Source: Patescibacteria group bacterium
GTDB lineage: Bacteria; Patescibacteriota; Patescibacteriia; UBA9570
Direction: 5' to 3'
DNA: 64,000 bases
Assembly: GCA_041665365.1 (NCBI GenBank)
Contig: JBAYIY010000008.1
Coordinates: 6,396-70,395, forward strand
Notes under the pieces: model-generated
Seen by the model: the letters and a program-made list of their open reading frames with translations, nothing else
Databases searched by the model: none
Told to the model about the DNA's origin: nothing
In this document: in pieces, positions 29,694 to 37,777 of the stretch
Layout: every line of letters starts with the position of its first letter
Position numbering within the stretch: position 1 is the first letter of the stretch
Program-made: the position numbers and the translations under genes

Positions 29694-29858
29694 TTATCCT
29701 TGCTTGCTGTAGGCACGACGAGCATGGGAACCAAATGGTAGGATACATAAGGCTCCGGCTCTATGCATCCCTCCACCGGTTTTCTTGCCTGCAGCAAAGA
29801 GGGATAAAAGAGATGATAGTTAAACTAACTAACACCCGGCTTAAGCCAGGTGTTTTTA
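29694..29858 (+). ncRNA. candidate small RNA (~165 nt) of unknown class, delimited by promoter and rho-independent terminator (hairpin 29833-29852 plus T5)
   Basis: Long-range helix GGUUAUCCUUGCUUGCUGUAGG (29691-29712) pairing with CCUGCAGCAAAGAGGGAUAA (29785-29804); both flanking genes are on the opposite strand; no SRP/6S/tmRNA motifs recognised. Confidence 0.3.
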
Positions 29859-31736
29859 TTAAGAATTAGTGTTTTTATTGCTGTTCTTATTGTTGCCGTT
29901 TTTGTTGGTATTTTTATTGGTAACTGTATTAGTGTTACTGGTATTCGTGTTTGTATTAGTAATGGTGCTATTGGTGTTGGTATTTGTTGGCGTGGTTTCA
30001 GCAGGTGCATCCGGACCAACGATGCACATTTCTGGCCTGGATTTGTACACACTGGTAAAGGTTTGTTTATCTGTTGTACCATCAGGTTGTTCAATAATAT
30101 AATCAAACGATGCGGTAACACCACTAAATGAGTGACCATCACAGGTGCGAGTACCGGGCGGTAAACTATTATCCACTGTTTCGATAGTTGGTCCGGGAGA
30201 GCTATGATTATAATTGGTCGGGTCAGTAAAGTAGCCTTTCCGCCCATCGGATGTTCCCCAGAATTCAAAATAGATATTACTACCCTCAATGCGTGAGCGC
30301 CATAAGATATAGTGGCCAGTATCATTCAAAAATCTAAAATCAGGTGAAGGATCATAAATTGTAGCATCCACTCCGGCTAAGCCTTTATAAGCATAATAAG
30401 AAATTGCCCAGGAATGATTGCGTCGTTCTACAATTGGTAAGCCAGATAACATGACCGCGCGGAAGGAAGTTGAACCAACTTGGCATAACCCGCCACCGGC
30501 TTCTTTTTCTAATTTGTCTCCCTTGATAACCAGTTCTGAATACCACCCATGTTCAACATCAATTGGTTTTAAGGCATCCAAGAGAGAAAAAGTTTCTCCT
30601 GGGGCAATCAATAAACCATTTAGTATATCCGCGCCTTTACGAATATTGAGTACGCGATTGTAGGGGCTATTGCCAAAGTTAGTTGTGCCAGTACCCAATA
30701 ATTCTTTCACGCCAAGATCATTCAAATTGTCTGGCGTAACGCGTGGATGAGTAACTTCAACCACCAGGGGAATGGTAGTGAGTTTTTTATTCAAGAAATC
30801 AGTTTGCAAAGCGGCCACAGTTTTTTCCATGTTTACACCTAAACCATCAGCACCATCTTCAAATTGAGTTAATTGCACTGTTCCGGCCACTTCATCTAAA
30901 CTAAATTTACCTTCCTTAACCGGAATATCTATCTCACCGGCGATTGGTGCTAAAGTTGTGCGGACAGCTTCAGGGTTTAATATTATTTTAATGGCACCAT
31001 TATTTGGTTCTAAAGTAAACCACGTGGCCAATGCATCAGTTTCAATTGTGTAGGTGCCATCTTCATAGGTGAGAGTTAACGGTGCTAAATCAATCAAACT
31101 TTGTACGTCAGTTAACTTGGCTTTGGCATCAGCCGTTGTAATTGGAGCGGGAGCAGACGACAGCTGTAAAGTTACAGCGACTGGTTGCAGCGTGTTTAAG
31201 TTTTGCTCAACCTCAGCAAGGACTGCATCCCAATTAAAACTAGTACCATCGATATTATCAACGACAGTTAATGTTTTATCATCGGCTAATGTCAGGGTGG
31301 CATTTTGATAAGGAGTGGCTGCATCATCAAACTCAGCTGACAATTGTTCAAGCATGGCCTGACGATCCAACGTATAAACTAGCGGTATATTGGTGCCAAA
31401 CACAGCGGCTTTTAATTGCGCTAATAGGTTTTGCAGACTATCACCCTGTCGTCCGATGGCCTGACCGGCTGCAATGGTTTCGGCCGGGTCAATTGTTACA
31501 GCTTGCTCTAAAGTAAAATTATACTCTTGATAGGTAAAAGACAGACCGTTTTTTGCAATGAGTTCGGCATAAGCAGTAATAGCCGCTGGATCAGTTTGGC
31601 TGGCCATTTTTACTCCAGGATAAAGCTTAGCGGAATAACTAGTTTGATAAATGATATAAAACAACACGACACAAACACCGGCCAGCGCGATACTTCCCCC
31701 AGTGATACTTAATATTTTTGTTGTCCGTGACATCAC
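29859..31736 (-). CDS. VanW family protein with N-terminal TM anchor and C-terminal Thr/Asn-rich low-complexity tail
   Basis: VanW-like region GGGLCQVGSTSFRAV; tail TNTNTNSTITNTNTNTSNTNTVTNKNTNKNGNNKNSNKNTNS encoded by repetitive DNA at 29862-29990. Confidence 0.7.
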   Translation of the reverse strand: MMSRTTKILSITGGSIALAGVCVVLFYIIYQTSYSAKLYPGVKMASQTDPAAITAYAELIAKNGLSFTYQEYNFTLEQAVTIDPAETIAAGQAIGRQGDSLQNLLAQLKAAVFGTNIPLVYTLDRQAMLEQLSAEFDDAATPYQNATLTLADDKTLTVVDNIDGTSFNWDAVLAEVEQNLNTLQPVAVTLQLSSAPAPITTADAKAKLTDVQSLIDLAPLTLTYEDGTYTIETDALATWFTLEPNNGAIKIILNPEAVRTTLAPIAGEIDIPVKEGKFSLDEVAGTVQLTQFEDGADGLGVNMEKTVAALQTDFLNKKLTTIPLVVEVTHPRVTPDNLNDLGVKELLGTGTTNFGNSPYNRVLNIRKGADILNGLLIAPGETFSLLDALKPIDVEHGWYSELVIKGDKLEKEAGGGLCQVGSTSFRAVMLSGLPIVERRNHSWAISYYAYKGLAGVDATIYDPSPDFRFLNDTGHYILWRSRIEGSNIYFEFWGTSDGRKGYFTDPTNYNHSSPGPTIETVDNSLPPGTRTCDGHSFSGVTASFDYIIEQPDGTTDKQTFTSVYKSRPEMCIVGPDAPAETTPTNTNTNSTITNTNTNTSNTNTVTNKNTNKNGNNKNSNKNTNS

Positions 31737-32243
31737 TTAGGTAGCTTTAACTGGAATGCGCGTGTTTTTTGGGCGATGAGACTTAGGGAGAGTCAGCAAC
31801 AGAACACCATGTTCTAGATTAGCTTCAACCGCATCGTTTTTTATATCAATGGGTAAAATAATCGAACGGGAAAAACCACCCCAATAGCATTCTTGAATAA
31901 AATACTGTTCTGGATTGGTTGGCCCCGGTACCAGGCGTTTTCCCTTAATTGTGACCATGTCATTATTGAGATGCACTTCGATATCTTCACTTTTTATACC
32001 ACCCACAATAGCCCGGACATAGACATTTTTGTCATCTTGATAAACATCAATTGCCAGTTGACCATCGTATTCGTCCGCACTGGTATGTTCAGCGACGGGT
32101 TGAGCATTAGTAACGAGCGTAGTAGTAGTAGTGGTTGTTTCAGCTTGCATGGGTTGAACTTGAAAAAAGTTTTCCGACAGTGAGTAATCTTCACCGCCTA
32201 AATCTTGTAAACGTTGTTTGAATTGTGTTTTTTTTGGTGCCAT
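31737..32243 (-). CDS. Hsp20/alpha-crystallin family small heat shock protein (start reassigned to ATG at 32243; ORF-track start is TTG)
   Basis: Alpha-crystallin domain ...DVYQDDKNVYVRAIVGGIKSEDIEVHLNNDMVTIKGKR...GFSRSIILP...VEANLEHGVLLLTLPK. Confidence 0.85.
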   Translation of the reverse strand: MAPKKTQFKQRLQDLGGEDYSLSENFFQVQPMQAETTTTTTTLVTNAQPVAEHTSADEYDGQLAIDVYQDDKNVYVRAIVGGIKSEDIEVHLNNDMVTIKGKRLVPGPTNPEQYFIQECYWGGFSRSIILPIDIKNDAVEANLEHGVLLLTLPKSHRPKNTRIPVKAT

Positions 32244-32253
32244 AATTAGATTC

Positions 32254-32282
32254 TGTATACAATGCGGAATGTGTTTTGTCAA
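32254..32282 (-). promoter_or_regulatory. promoter for hsp20: TTGACA, 17 nt spacer, TATACA, only ~10 nt upstream of ATG (leaderless/short leader)
   Basis: Read on minus strand. Confidence 0.45.
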
Positions 32283-32292
32283 ATCACAATAT

Positions 32293-32367
32293 TGGTAGCC
32301 CCACGGAGAGTCGAACTCCGATTAATGGCTTGAAAAGCCACTGTCCTAACCGTTAGACGATAAGGCC
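32293..32367 (-). tRNA. tRNA-Glu (anticodon UUC) with genomically encoded CCA
   Basis: Manual fold on minus strand: GGCCTTA-TC-GTCTAACGGTTAGGAC-A-GTGGC-TTTTCAA-GCCAT-TAAT-CGGAG-TTCGACT-CTCCG-TGGGGCT-A-CCA; architecture parallels E. coli tRNA-Glu; acceptor stem contains three G-U pairs. Confidence 0.7.
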
Positions 32368-32401
32368 ATACGCATAGTATAGCGCTACCGACTATAACTG
32401 A

Positions 32402-33421
32402 TCATTTCCGGTCAGTCAATAGGTTCTCTGGTGCGAATTGCAAAGTACTTTGGGTAATGATAATAACTAGTTGATCAGTCTCTATTATTTTATAAATAAC
32501 AGTTTTATGATGTAAACTGGTTTTAATGGTTTGGTTTTTTACAGTGTAATTAGCTTGGAGTTTATCTAGTAGTTGTTTAATCAAATTGGTCGCTTGAATA
32601 GTTGACCAAGCTTGTTTATCAAAACTCGCTATATTAAAGCCACCATCATTCGGGCATTGATACGATACCTGCCATTGTCTGACCTGACTACGTTGTTGTA
32701 AAAGTGCCATTATGTCCGGATTATATAATAAAGAAATATCATCAATTGAGGCCAATGGTTGGCTTGGAGTGCAACCGGTTTTAGCTAATGCAACATGATC
32801 AATGGTTGGAGCAAACGCCGCATCGTTTTGTGTTGGTAAGCTGGCCTCGATTAGTTTTGGTGAAATAAAGGTTTCGATTAAAGCCGCACACACTAATAAA
32901 GGTATAACCACCAAACCTAACCACCGGAATGATTTCAAAATAAATTGTCCGCGGGTTAGTTGGGTATCAATCAAACGAGGCCAGAGCAATTTTAACAAAG
33001 CGGTCAGACCAAGACTACCGGCAAAAAATATAGCTCCGAGTTCAACTAGGCCATGTGGCAACACGCCTAACACACCACTTTGCCAAGTGCCGGGTTGTAA
33101 GGTATCCATGCGTAACAGTAAATCACCAAAGATACCAACAATTAGGCCGTTACCAATAATGATTATTAAAGTGATAGGGGGAATGAGAGCACTGATAAAC
33201 ACCAGCCCGGCCACTAAAATATTATTTAGAAAAATATTAACCGCTAAGTGCCAATCGGTAGAGGAATTGGCTATGATAGTAGAAAATTTTGCTAAGACAG
33301 TAGTTAGTAGCTCAATTTTTACAGTATCAGGTAAAAACCAGCCGACAAAACTGCCAATCACAAACGTTAGAGCCAGTAAGGCAGTAATCAGGCTCCAAAT
33401 AGTACCAGTGCGTTTAAACAT
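32402..33421 (-). CDS. SpoIIM/DUF95-family membrane protein with C-terminal extracytoplasmic domain
   Basis: Motif VLGVLPHGLVELGAIFFAGSLG typical of DUF95 (stage II sporulation protein M-like). Confidence 0.5.
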   Translation of the reverse strand: MFKRTGTIWSLITALLALTFVIGSFVGWFLPDTVKIELLTTVLAKFSTIIANSSTDWHLAVNIFLNNILVAGLVFISALIPPITLIIIIGNGLIVGIFGDLLLRMDTLQPGTWQSGVLGVLPHGLVELGAIFFAGSLGLTALLKLLWPRLIDTQLTRGQFILKSFRWLGLVVIPLLVCAALIETFISPKLIEASLPTQNDAAFAPTIDHVALAKTGCTPSQPLASIDDISLLYNPDIMALLQQRSQVRQWQVSYQCPNDGGFNIASFDKQAWSTIQATNLIKQLLDKLQANYTVKNQTIKTSLHHKTVIYKIIETDQLVIIITQSTLQFAPENLLTDRK

Positions 33422-33438
33422 AGTGTATACTGCAGTTT

Positions 33439-33993
33439 GTGAAACAATTCTTGGCCACTAGTATATCACAGATCTTTAATCCAATTCTAATTTGGCCATT
33501 GTTTATAGTTATTATCATTTATCAAGTGCCTGGATTATGGTTAACATTAATTTTGTGTGAAGTAATAATACCAATTATCTTATTAGGTGTATTTATAAAA
33601 CTGGGCTTTGTATCTGATATTGATATCACCAAACGATCTGAGCGAAAATTGTACTTTCTAACTGTCCTAATGGCCCATTTAATTTCTGTCATGGTGTTGT
33701 GGTATTTTGGTAATAGACTGATGGGTGAATTAAGATTGTTAGGTTGGGTGATTGAGTTAGTTGGCATAATAGTTACTTTTTATTGGAAAATTAGTGTCCA
33801 TTTAGCCGCCAACAGTTTTGTGCTTGGGATAGTGCTAATTTTATTTGGGTTAAAGTGGTGGCCGATATTACTGATTTTACCCGGGGTGGCCTGGTCAAGA
33901 ATTTTTTTAAAAAAACACACTTTCGCACAAACCTTGGCCGGTGGCGCTTTACCTTTAGTAGTATTGTTTATCTATGCGTATCTTAGCCATTGA
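33439..33993 (+). CDS. polytopic membrane protein, degenerate PAP2-like phosphatase motifs
   Basis: C-terminal WSRIFLKKHTFAQTLAG resembles PAP2 motif SRxxxxxHxxxD; weak. Confidence 0.35.
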   Translation: MKQFLATSISQIFNPILIWPLFIVIIIYQVPGLWLTLILCEVIIPIILLGVFIKLGFVSDIDITKRSERKLYFLTVLMAHLISVMVLWYFGNRLMGELRLLGWVIELVGIIVTFYWKISVHLAANSFVLGIVLILFGLKWWPILLILPGVAWSRIFLKKHTFAQTLAGGALPLVVLFIYAYLSH

Positions 33994-34948
33994 AACTTCC
34001 TGTGATGAATCCAGTGTGGCACTCTTGGATGGTGATGTTGTTACACAATTAACGGCGTCACAAATTGATGTGCATAAAGCAACCGGTGGGGTAGTGCCAG
34101 AAGTGGCGGCGCGCGAACACGTGGCTGTGATGGTACCCTTTGTACAAAGGGTTTTAGAACAAGCCTCAGTGCAACCACAAGAGCTTGATCGCATTGCCGT
34201 CACCGCTGGCCCGGGTTTGATTACCTCTTTATTAGTAGGTGTAGAAACAGCCCGGGCTTTAGCTTATGGTTGGAACAAACCAATCTTTCCAGTAAATCAT
34301 ATTGCCGGTCATATTGCCGCCAATTTTTTAATAAACAAAGATATTCCTTTTCCTGCCATCGCGTTGGTGGTATCCGGTGGGCACACTGAATTATTGTATA
34401 TGCCGAAGCCAGGTGAATATGAATTAATCGGTGCCACACGAGATGATGCCGCCGGTGAGTGTTTTGATAAATGCGCGCGCGTGTTAGGTTTGCCATACCC
34501 TGGGGGGCCGGCTATTTCCGAGCAGGCTAAAACTGGTGCTGCCACACAGTATCTATTTCCCAGACCATTACTGAATCAACCGACTTTCGATTTTTCTTTT
34601 TCCGGATTAAAAACCGCCGTGTTGTATTTTCATCGTGATCACCCTGAGGCACCTTTGGCCGATGTCTGTGCTGGGGTACAAGAGGCATTAGTGCAAACTA
34701 TCTATGGTAAAACGGCGCGCGCTGTTAAAACTTATAATGTAAAAGCTGTCTTGGTGGGCGGTGGTGTGGCCGCGAATGCGGCATTACGAGAAAGATTACA
34801 AACTTTGTCTGTGCCAGTTTTTATTCCACCTTTAGAATATTGTACCGACAATGCCGCCATGATAGCTGCCGCTTGTCGTTTACAAAATGCACCAGCTAAG
34901 TTATTTTCATTTCGAGCCGATCCTAATTGGGAATTAACTATTCGTTAA
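33974..34948 (+). CDS. tsaD: tRNA N6-adenosine threonylcarbamoyltransferase TsaD (Kae1/YgjD family)
   Basis: N-term MRILAIETSCDESSVALLDG and metal-binding H-x-x-GH region VNHIAGHIAA. Confidence 0.9.
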   Translation: MRILAIETSCDESSVALLDGDVVTQLTASQIDVHKATGGVVPEVAAREHVAVMVPFVQRVLEQASVQPQELDRIAVTAGPGLITSLLVGVETARALAYGWNKPIFPVNHIAGHIAANFLINKDIPFPAIALVVSGGHTELLYMPKPGEYELIGATRDDAAGECFDKCARVLGLPYPGGPAISEQAKTGAATQYLFPRPLLNQPTFDFSFSGLKTAVLYFHRDHPEAPLADVCAGVQEALVQTIYGKTARAVKTYNVKAVLVGGGVAANAALRERLQTLSVPVFIPPLEYCTDNAAMIAAACRLQNAPAKLFSFRADPNWELTIR

Positions 34949-34949
34949 T

Positions 34950-35390
34950 ATGACCTATCAAGAAAAAAATGGTGCGTATTTAATAAGATTTATGCCGGAT
35001 GAAGAAGTCTGCAGTTTATTACAGCAGTTTTGTCAGGCACATAACCTCACCGGCGGATGGATTAGTGGGTTAGGGGCTGCCAAAGAAGTTGAGTTAGCTC
35101 ATTTCAATATGGTAACAAAACAATATACCAAAAGAGTTTTTCATGAAGTTGAAGTAACCAGTTTTGTGGGTAATATTTCTGTAGAAAAATTGCATCTTCA
35201 TATCACAATTGGGGATGAAACTTTGCAGGCTTATGCTGGACACTGTATGAGATGTGTGGCGAATCCAACTTTAGAAGTAATGATCACACCTTTTTCCGAA
35301 ACTCACAGAAAATTAGATGAATATAGTGGGCTACAATTATTACACCTCCCCAACCCTCCTATTCTAGGAGGGGGCAAGAAAAAAATCTAA
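34950..35390 (+). CDS. PPC/DUF296 domain protein; C-terminal 15 codons lie inside repeat A1
   Basis: DUF296-like segment VEVTSFVGNISVEKLHLHITIGDETLQAYAGHCMRCVANPTLEVMITPF; tail HLPNPPILGGGKKKI is encoded by the repeat element. Confidence 0.55.
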   Translation: MTYQEKNGAYLIRFMPDEEVCSLLQQFCQAHNLTGGWISGLGAAKEVELAHFNMVTKQYTKRVFHEVEVTSFVGNISVEKLHLHITIGDETLQAYAGHCMRCVANPTLEVMITPFSETHRKLDEYSGLQLLHLPNPPILGGGKKKI

Positions 35391-35399
35391 TTCTTTATC
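35343..35399 (+). repeat. 57-bp element A1 (CACCTCCCCAACCCTCC-TATTCTA-GGAGGGGGCAAGAAAAAAATCTAATTCTTTATC), direct repeat of A2
   Basis: Identical to 36149-36204 apart from a 1-nt indel in the A-run and one A/C substitution. Confidence 0.85.
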
Positions 35400-35425
35400 G
35401 GTGGGGATGGTGTACTCAATAATAT

Positions 35426-36082
35426 ATGTCTAATATGACCACAAACGATCCTCTTTTCACAGAGATCCTAAAACAAGAAACTACCTTACGTCAGTTAAAA
35501 GAACAACTGTATCAATTAAATCATTTGTCATTTACAGAAGCGCTGAATTTATTGCAACACTTACCAGACGGTTCATATATTAAAAATAATAAAAAAGGGC
35601 TAGAGAAACACGGTGCTATTATTACTGAACATTATTTAACACCCGATTGGGAATATGGTCCCGGTACCAAACTGCGCAGTAAAGAATATTCACTTAATGA
35701 ATTTGCCCAAAGAATAATTTTTGCCCATAGTCGGGATAATTTAGCTTGGATAAAAGACTTGGTTGGTCAGTATATATATCCTCAGGGTGAAGCTGTTTTT
35801 CAAAAACAACAAGCTGAATTAACTGTTAAAATTAAACAGTTGAGTGATATTATTGATCAGTTATGGCGAAAAAAACATCAAGCTTTAATAGAGGAATTAA
35901 GCAAATTTGATACCATTTCCATTCGGTATGCCGATAGTTTAGGGGTGCATATATTTTTATCGGTTGATTGTGGGGGAGATGATAAGATGTATTGGGAAAA
36001 TTGGTTATTTGACGGTGAAGTTTATCACTGTGAATATAGCCCAAACGTGAGTAAAATCGATACTATCGTAGAAGCGGTTTGA
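35426..36082 (+). CDS. hypothetical protein (218 aa) flanked by direct repeats A1/A2
   Basis: ORF track; no recognisable domain. Confidence 0.5.
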   Translation: MSNMTTNDPLFTEILKQETTLRQLKEQLYQLNHLSFTEALNLLQHLPDGSYIKNNKKGLEKHGAIITEHYLTPDWEYGPGTKLRSKEYSLNEFAQRIIFAHSRDNLAWIKDLVGQYIYPQGEAVFQKQQAELTVKIKQLSDIIDQLWRKKHQALIEELSKFDTISIRYADSLGVHIFLSVDCGGDDKMYWENWLFDGEVYHCEYSPNVSKIDTIVEAV

Positions 36083-36148
36083 ATAAGATATTTAATAACC
36101 TTTCACTGTCAATGAAAAATATTTCTTAAGGTATAACCATCTCGGATG

Positions 36149-36204
36149 CACCTCCCCAACCCTCCTATTCTAGGAGGGGGCAAGAAAAAATCTACTTCTT
36201 TATC
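36149..36204 (+). repeat. element A2 (second copy of A1), non-coding here
   Basis: Read in sequence. Confidence 0.85.
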
Positions 36205-36207
36205 TAA

Positions 36208-36228
36208 CCCTTCCTACAATAGGAAGGG
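36208..36228. repeat. hairpin H1 CCCTTCCTACAATAGGAAGGG (copy 1)
   Basis: Identical 21-mer at 36728-36748. Confidence 0.8.
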
Positions 36229-36287
36229 TGCCCGAGTCCGCGAGGGCGGGAAGGTGTTCTGAGACTCAAAATTTCAAGTTGACAGTG

Positions 36288-36316
36288 TTGATTTTTTTTG
36301 ATAATCTTCAAGTAAA
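36288..36316 (+). promoter_or_regulatory. promoter TTGACA (36288-36293), 17 nt spacer, TGATAATCT extended -10-like, upstream of DUF559 gene
   Basis: Read in sequence. Confidence 0.4.
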
Positions 36317-36344
36317 GAGCGCCACCTAAGATTGGGGCTTTTTT

Positions 36345-36716
36345 ATGTATATACGATCGTCGAATCGCAATATTCTTCAATACGATCAGAAGCTTAGATG
36401 GATTGCAAAATCATTAAGAAAAAACGCCACAGATGCCGAGCTAATACTCTGGCAAGAATTACGAACAAGAAAACTAGGTTATAAATTTAGACGTCAACAT
36501 GCACTACATGGGTACATTGTTGATTTCTATTGTTATGAAAAGATGTTGGTAATTGAAGTTGATGGTTCTATCCACAATATGAAAAATGATCATGATCATT
36601 CAAAAGATGACATTTTAAAATTAAATGGTTTCAAAGTGATAAGGTTTACAAATGAAGTAGTTATATGTCGTCTCGCAGAAGTCATAAATACCATTCAACA
36701 ACATCTAACTCAATAA
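36345..36716 (+). CDS. DUF559 (Vsr-like endonuclease fold) domain protein
   Basis: Pattern YIVDFYCYEKMLVIEVDGSIH...D..R...L...GFKVIRFTNEVV matches DUF559; 123 aa. Confidence 0.65.
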   Translation: MYIRSSNRNILQYDQKLRWIAKSLRKNATDAELILWQELRTRKLGYKFRRQHALHGYIVDFYCYEKMLVIEVDGSIHNMKNDHDHSKDDILKLNGFKVIRFTNEVVICRLAEVINTIQQHLTQ

Positions 36717-36727
36717 ATGCTCTTACT

Positions 36728-36748
36728 CCCTTCCTACAATAGGAAGGG
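36728..36748. repeat. hairpin H2 CCCTTCCTACAATAGGAAGGG (copy 2)
   Basis: Read in sequence. Confidence 0.8.
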
Positions 36749-36805
36749 CTGGGGATGGTGTATTCCAGTTTGACCTGTCTACCATTCAATGGTAGTTATA
36801 CTGTT

Positions 36806-37777
36806 ATGGATTATATTGATCGCATCTACGGTTCAACTGACATCACTGAACCAGTTATTCTTGAGATCATGGCCTCTGACGCCATGCAGCGTTTGAAAAA
36901 AGTGAATCAATATGGGGCGAGTTTTTATCGCTTTAGTCATCTCACCACGAATCGGTTTGAACATTGTGTAGGCGTGTATCTATTATTACGGGAGTTTAAT
37001 GCCACACTCGAGGAACAAATTGCTGGTTTACTACATGATGTCCCTCATACCGCATTTTCCCATGTCATAGATTTTGTGTTTGGTGGATCAGAAGTTGGGA
37101 CGTTTCATGAGGAATTTCATAAAGAGGTGATCGATAATTCAACTATTCCGGCCATTCTAAAAAAATACGGTTTTAATCTTACTCAATTAATGGATAAACA
37201 CCGTTTTCATTTATTAGAGCGGGATTTGCCGGATTTGTGCATGGATCGCATTGATTACTGTTATCGTGATCTAGTGACAGATCGTATTATGACGCTAGAA
37301 GAAGTTAAATATTTACGCTCGCACATGATTCGTTATGAAGATTATTTGATATTTGATGACGAAAAAGCCGCGCGCATGTTTGCCGATAAATTTCGGTTAG
37401 GCGATCAACGGTTATGGGGACACCCACTGCAGGCGGCTTTGTATTATTTATTTGCCAATGCTTTAAAAGTAGCCTTGTTTGAAAATATCATCACTTTCAA
37501 AGATTTATTTTCAGTTGATGAAGTGGTCTATGAAAAATTGGCGCAATCAAAACACCCGCTGATTGTAAAAAATCTGGCGCAAGTAAAACAGATTCACGTG
37601 GTAGAAGATTCAGCTGATTATGATTTTTATATCAAAACTAAAATCCGCATGGTTGATCCGTTTATTTTAATAAATGGTGCTCTGGTCAGATTGTCATATT
37701 GTGATAAAGCCTTCCAAGCTCTACAAGAGTCTTATCGACAAAAACGTCAGGAAGGGTATTATCTACGCATAGTATGA
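36806..37777 (+). CDS. HD-domain phosphohydrolase (COG1078 / SAMHD1-dGTPase-like HD fold); start reassigned to ATG 36806
   Basis: Motifs RFEHCVGVYLL and GLLHDVPHTAFSH (R-x-EHS-x-GV ... LLHDIGH-x-PFSH pattern); stop overlaps valS start (ATGA). Confidence 0.65.
   Translation: MDYIDRIYGSTDITEPVILEIMASDAMQRLKKVNQYGASFYRFSHLTTNRFEHCVGVYLLLREFNATLEEQIAGLLHDVPHTAFSHVIDFVFGGSEVGTFHEEFHKEVIDNSTIPAILKKYGFNLTQLMDKHRFHLLERDLPDLCMDRIDYCYRDLVTDRIMTLEEVKYLRSHMIRYEDYLIFDDEKAARMFADKFRLGDQRLWGHPLQAALYYLFANALKVALFENIITFKDLFSVDEVVYEKLAQSKHPLIVKNLAQVKQIHVVEDSADYDFYIKTKIRMVDPFILINGALVRLSYCDKAFQALQESYRQKRQEGYYLRIV

Noticed and set aside
29694-29858. Assignment of the small RNA candidate to SRP RNA, 6S RNA, tmRNA or RNase P RNA
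   Set aside because: No SRP helix-8 GGAA/AGCAGC motif, no tRNA-like termini, too short for RNase P, no obvious 6S central bubble; left as unknown class.
29636-29869. 77-aa plus-strand ORF in the Nif3/VanW intergenic region
   Set aside because: Contains a consensus promoter within its own coding sequence and ends in a terminator hairpin; better explained as a small non-coding RNA unit.
29862-29990. Possible CRISPR-like or tandem repeat array
   Set aside because: The repeats are irregular triplet-scale coding repeats inside a protein tail, without spacer-repeat periodicity; no CRISPR array anywhere in the window.
29869-30102. 77-aa L/F-rich plus-strand ORF
   Set aside because: Antisense translation of the Thr/Asn-repeat tail of the VanW gene; an artefact of the repeat.
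36231-36287. GC-rich segment GGAAGGGTGCCCGAGTCCGCGAGGGCGGGAAGG resembling the 5' half of a type II tRNA (Ser-like)
   Set aside because: Cannot be folded into a complete cloverleaf; no T-arm or acceptor 3' strand; treated as part of the inserted cassette, possibly a tRNA fragment.
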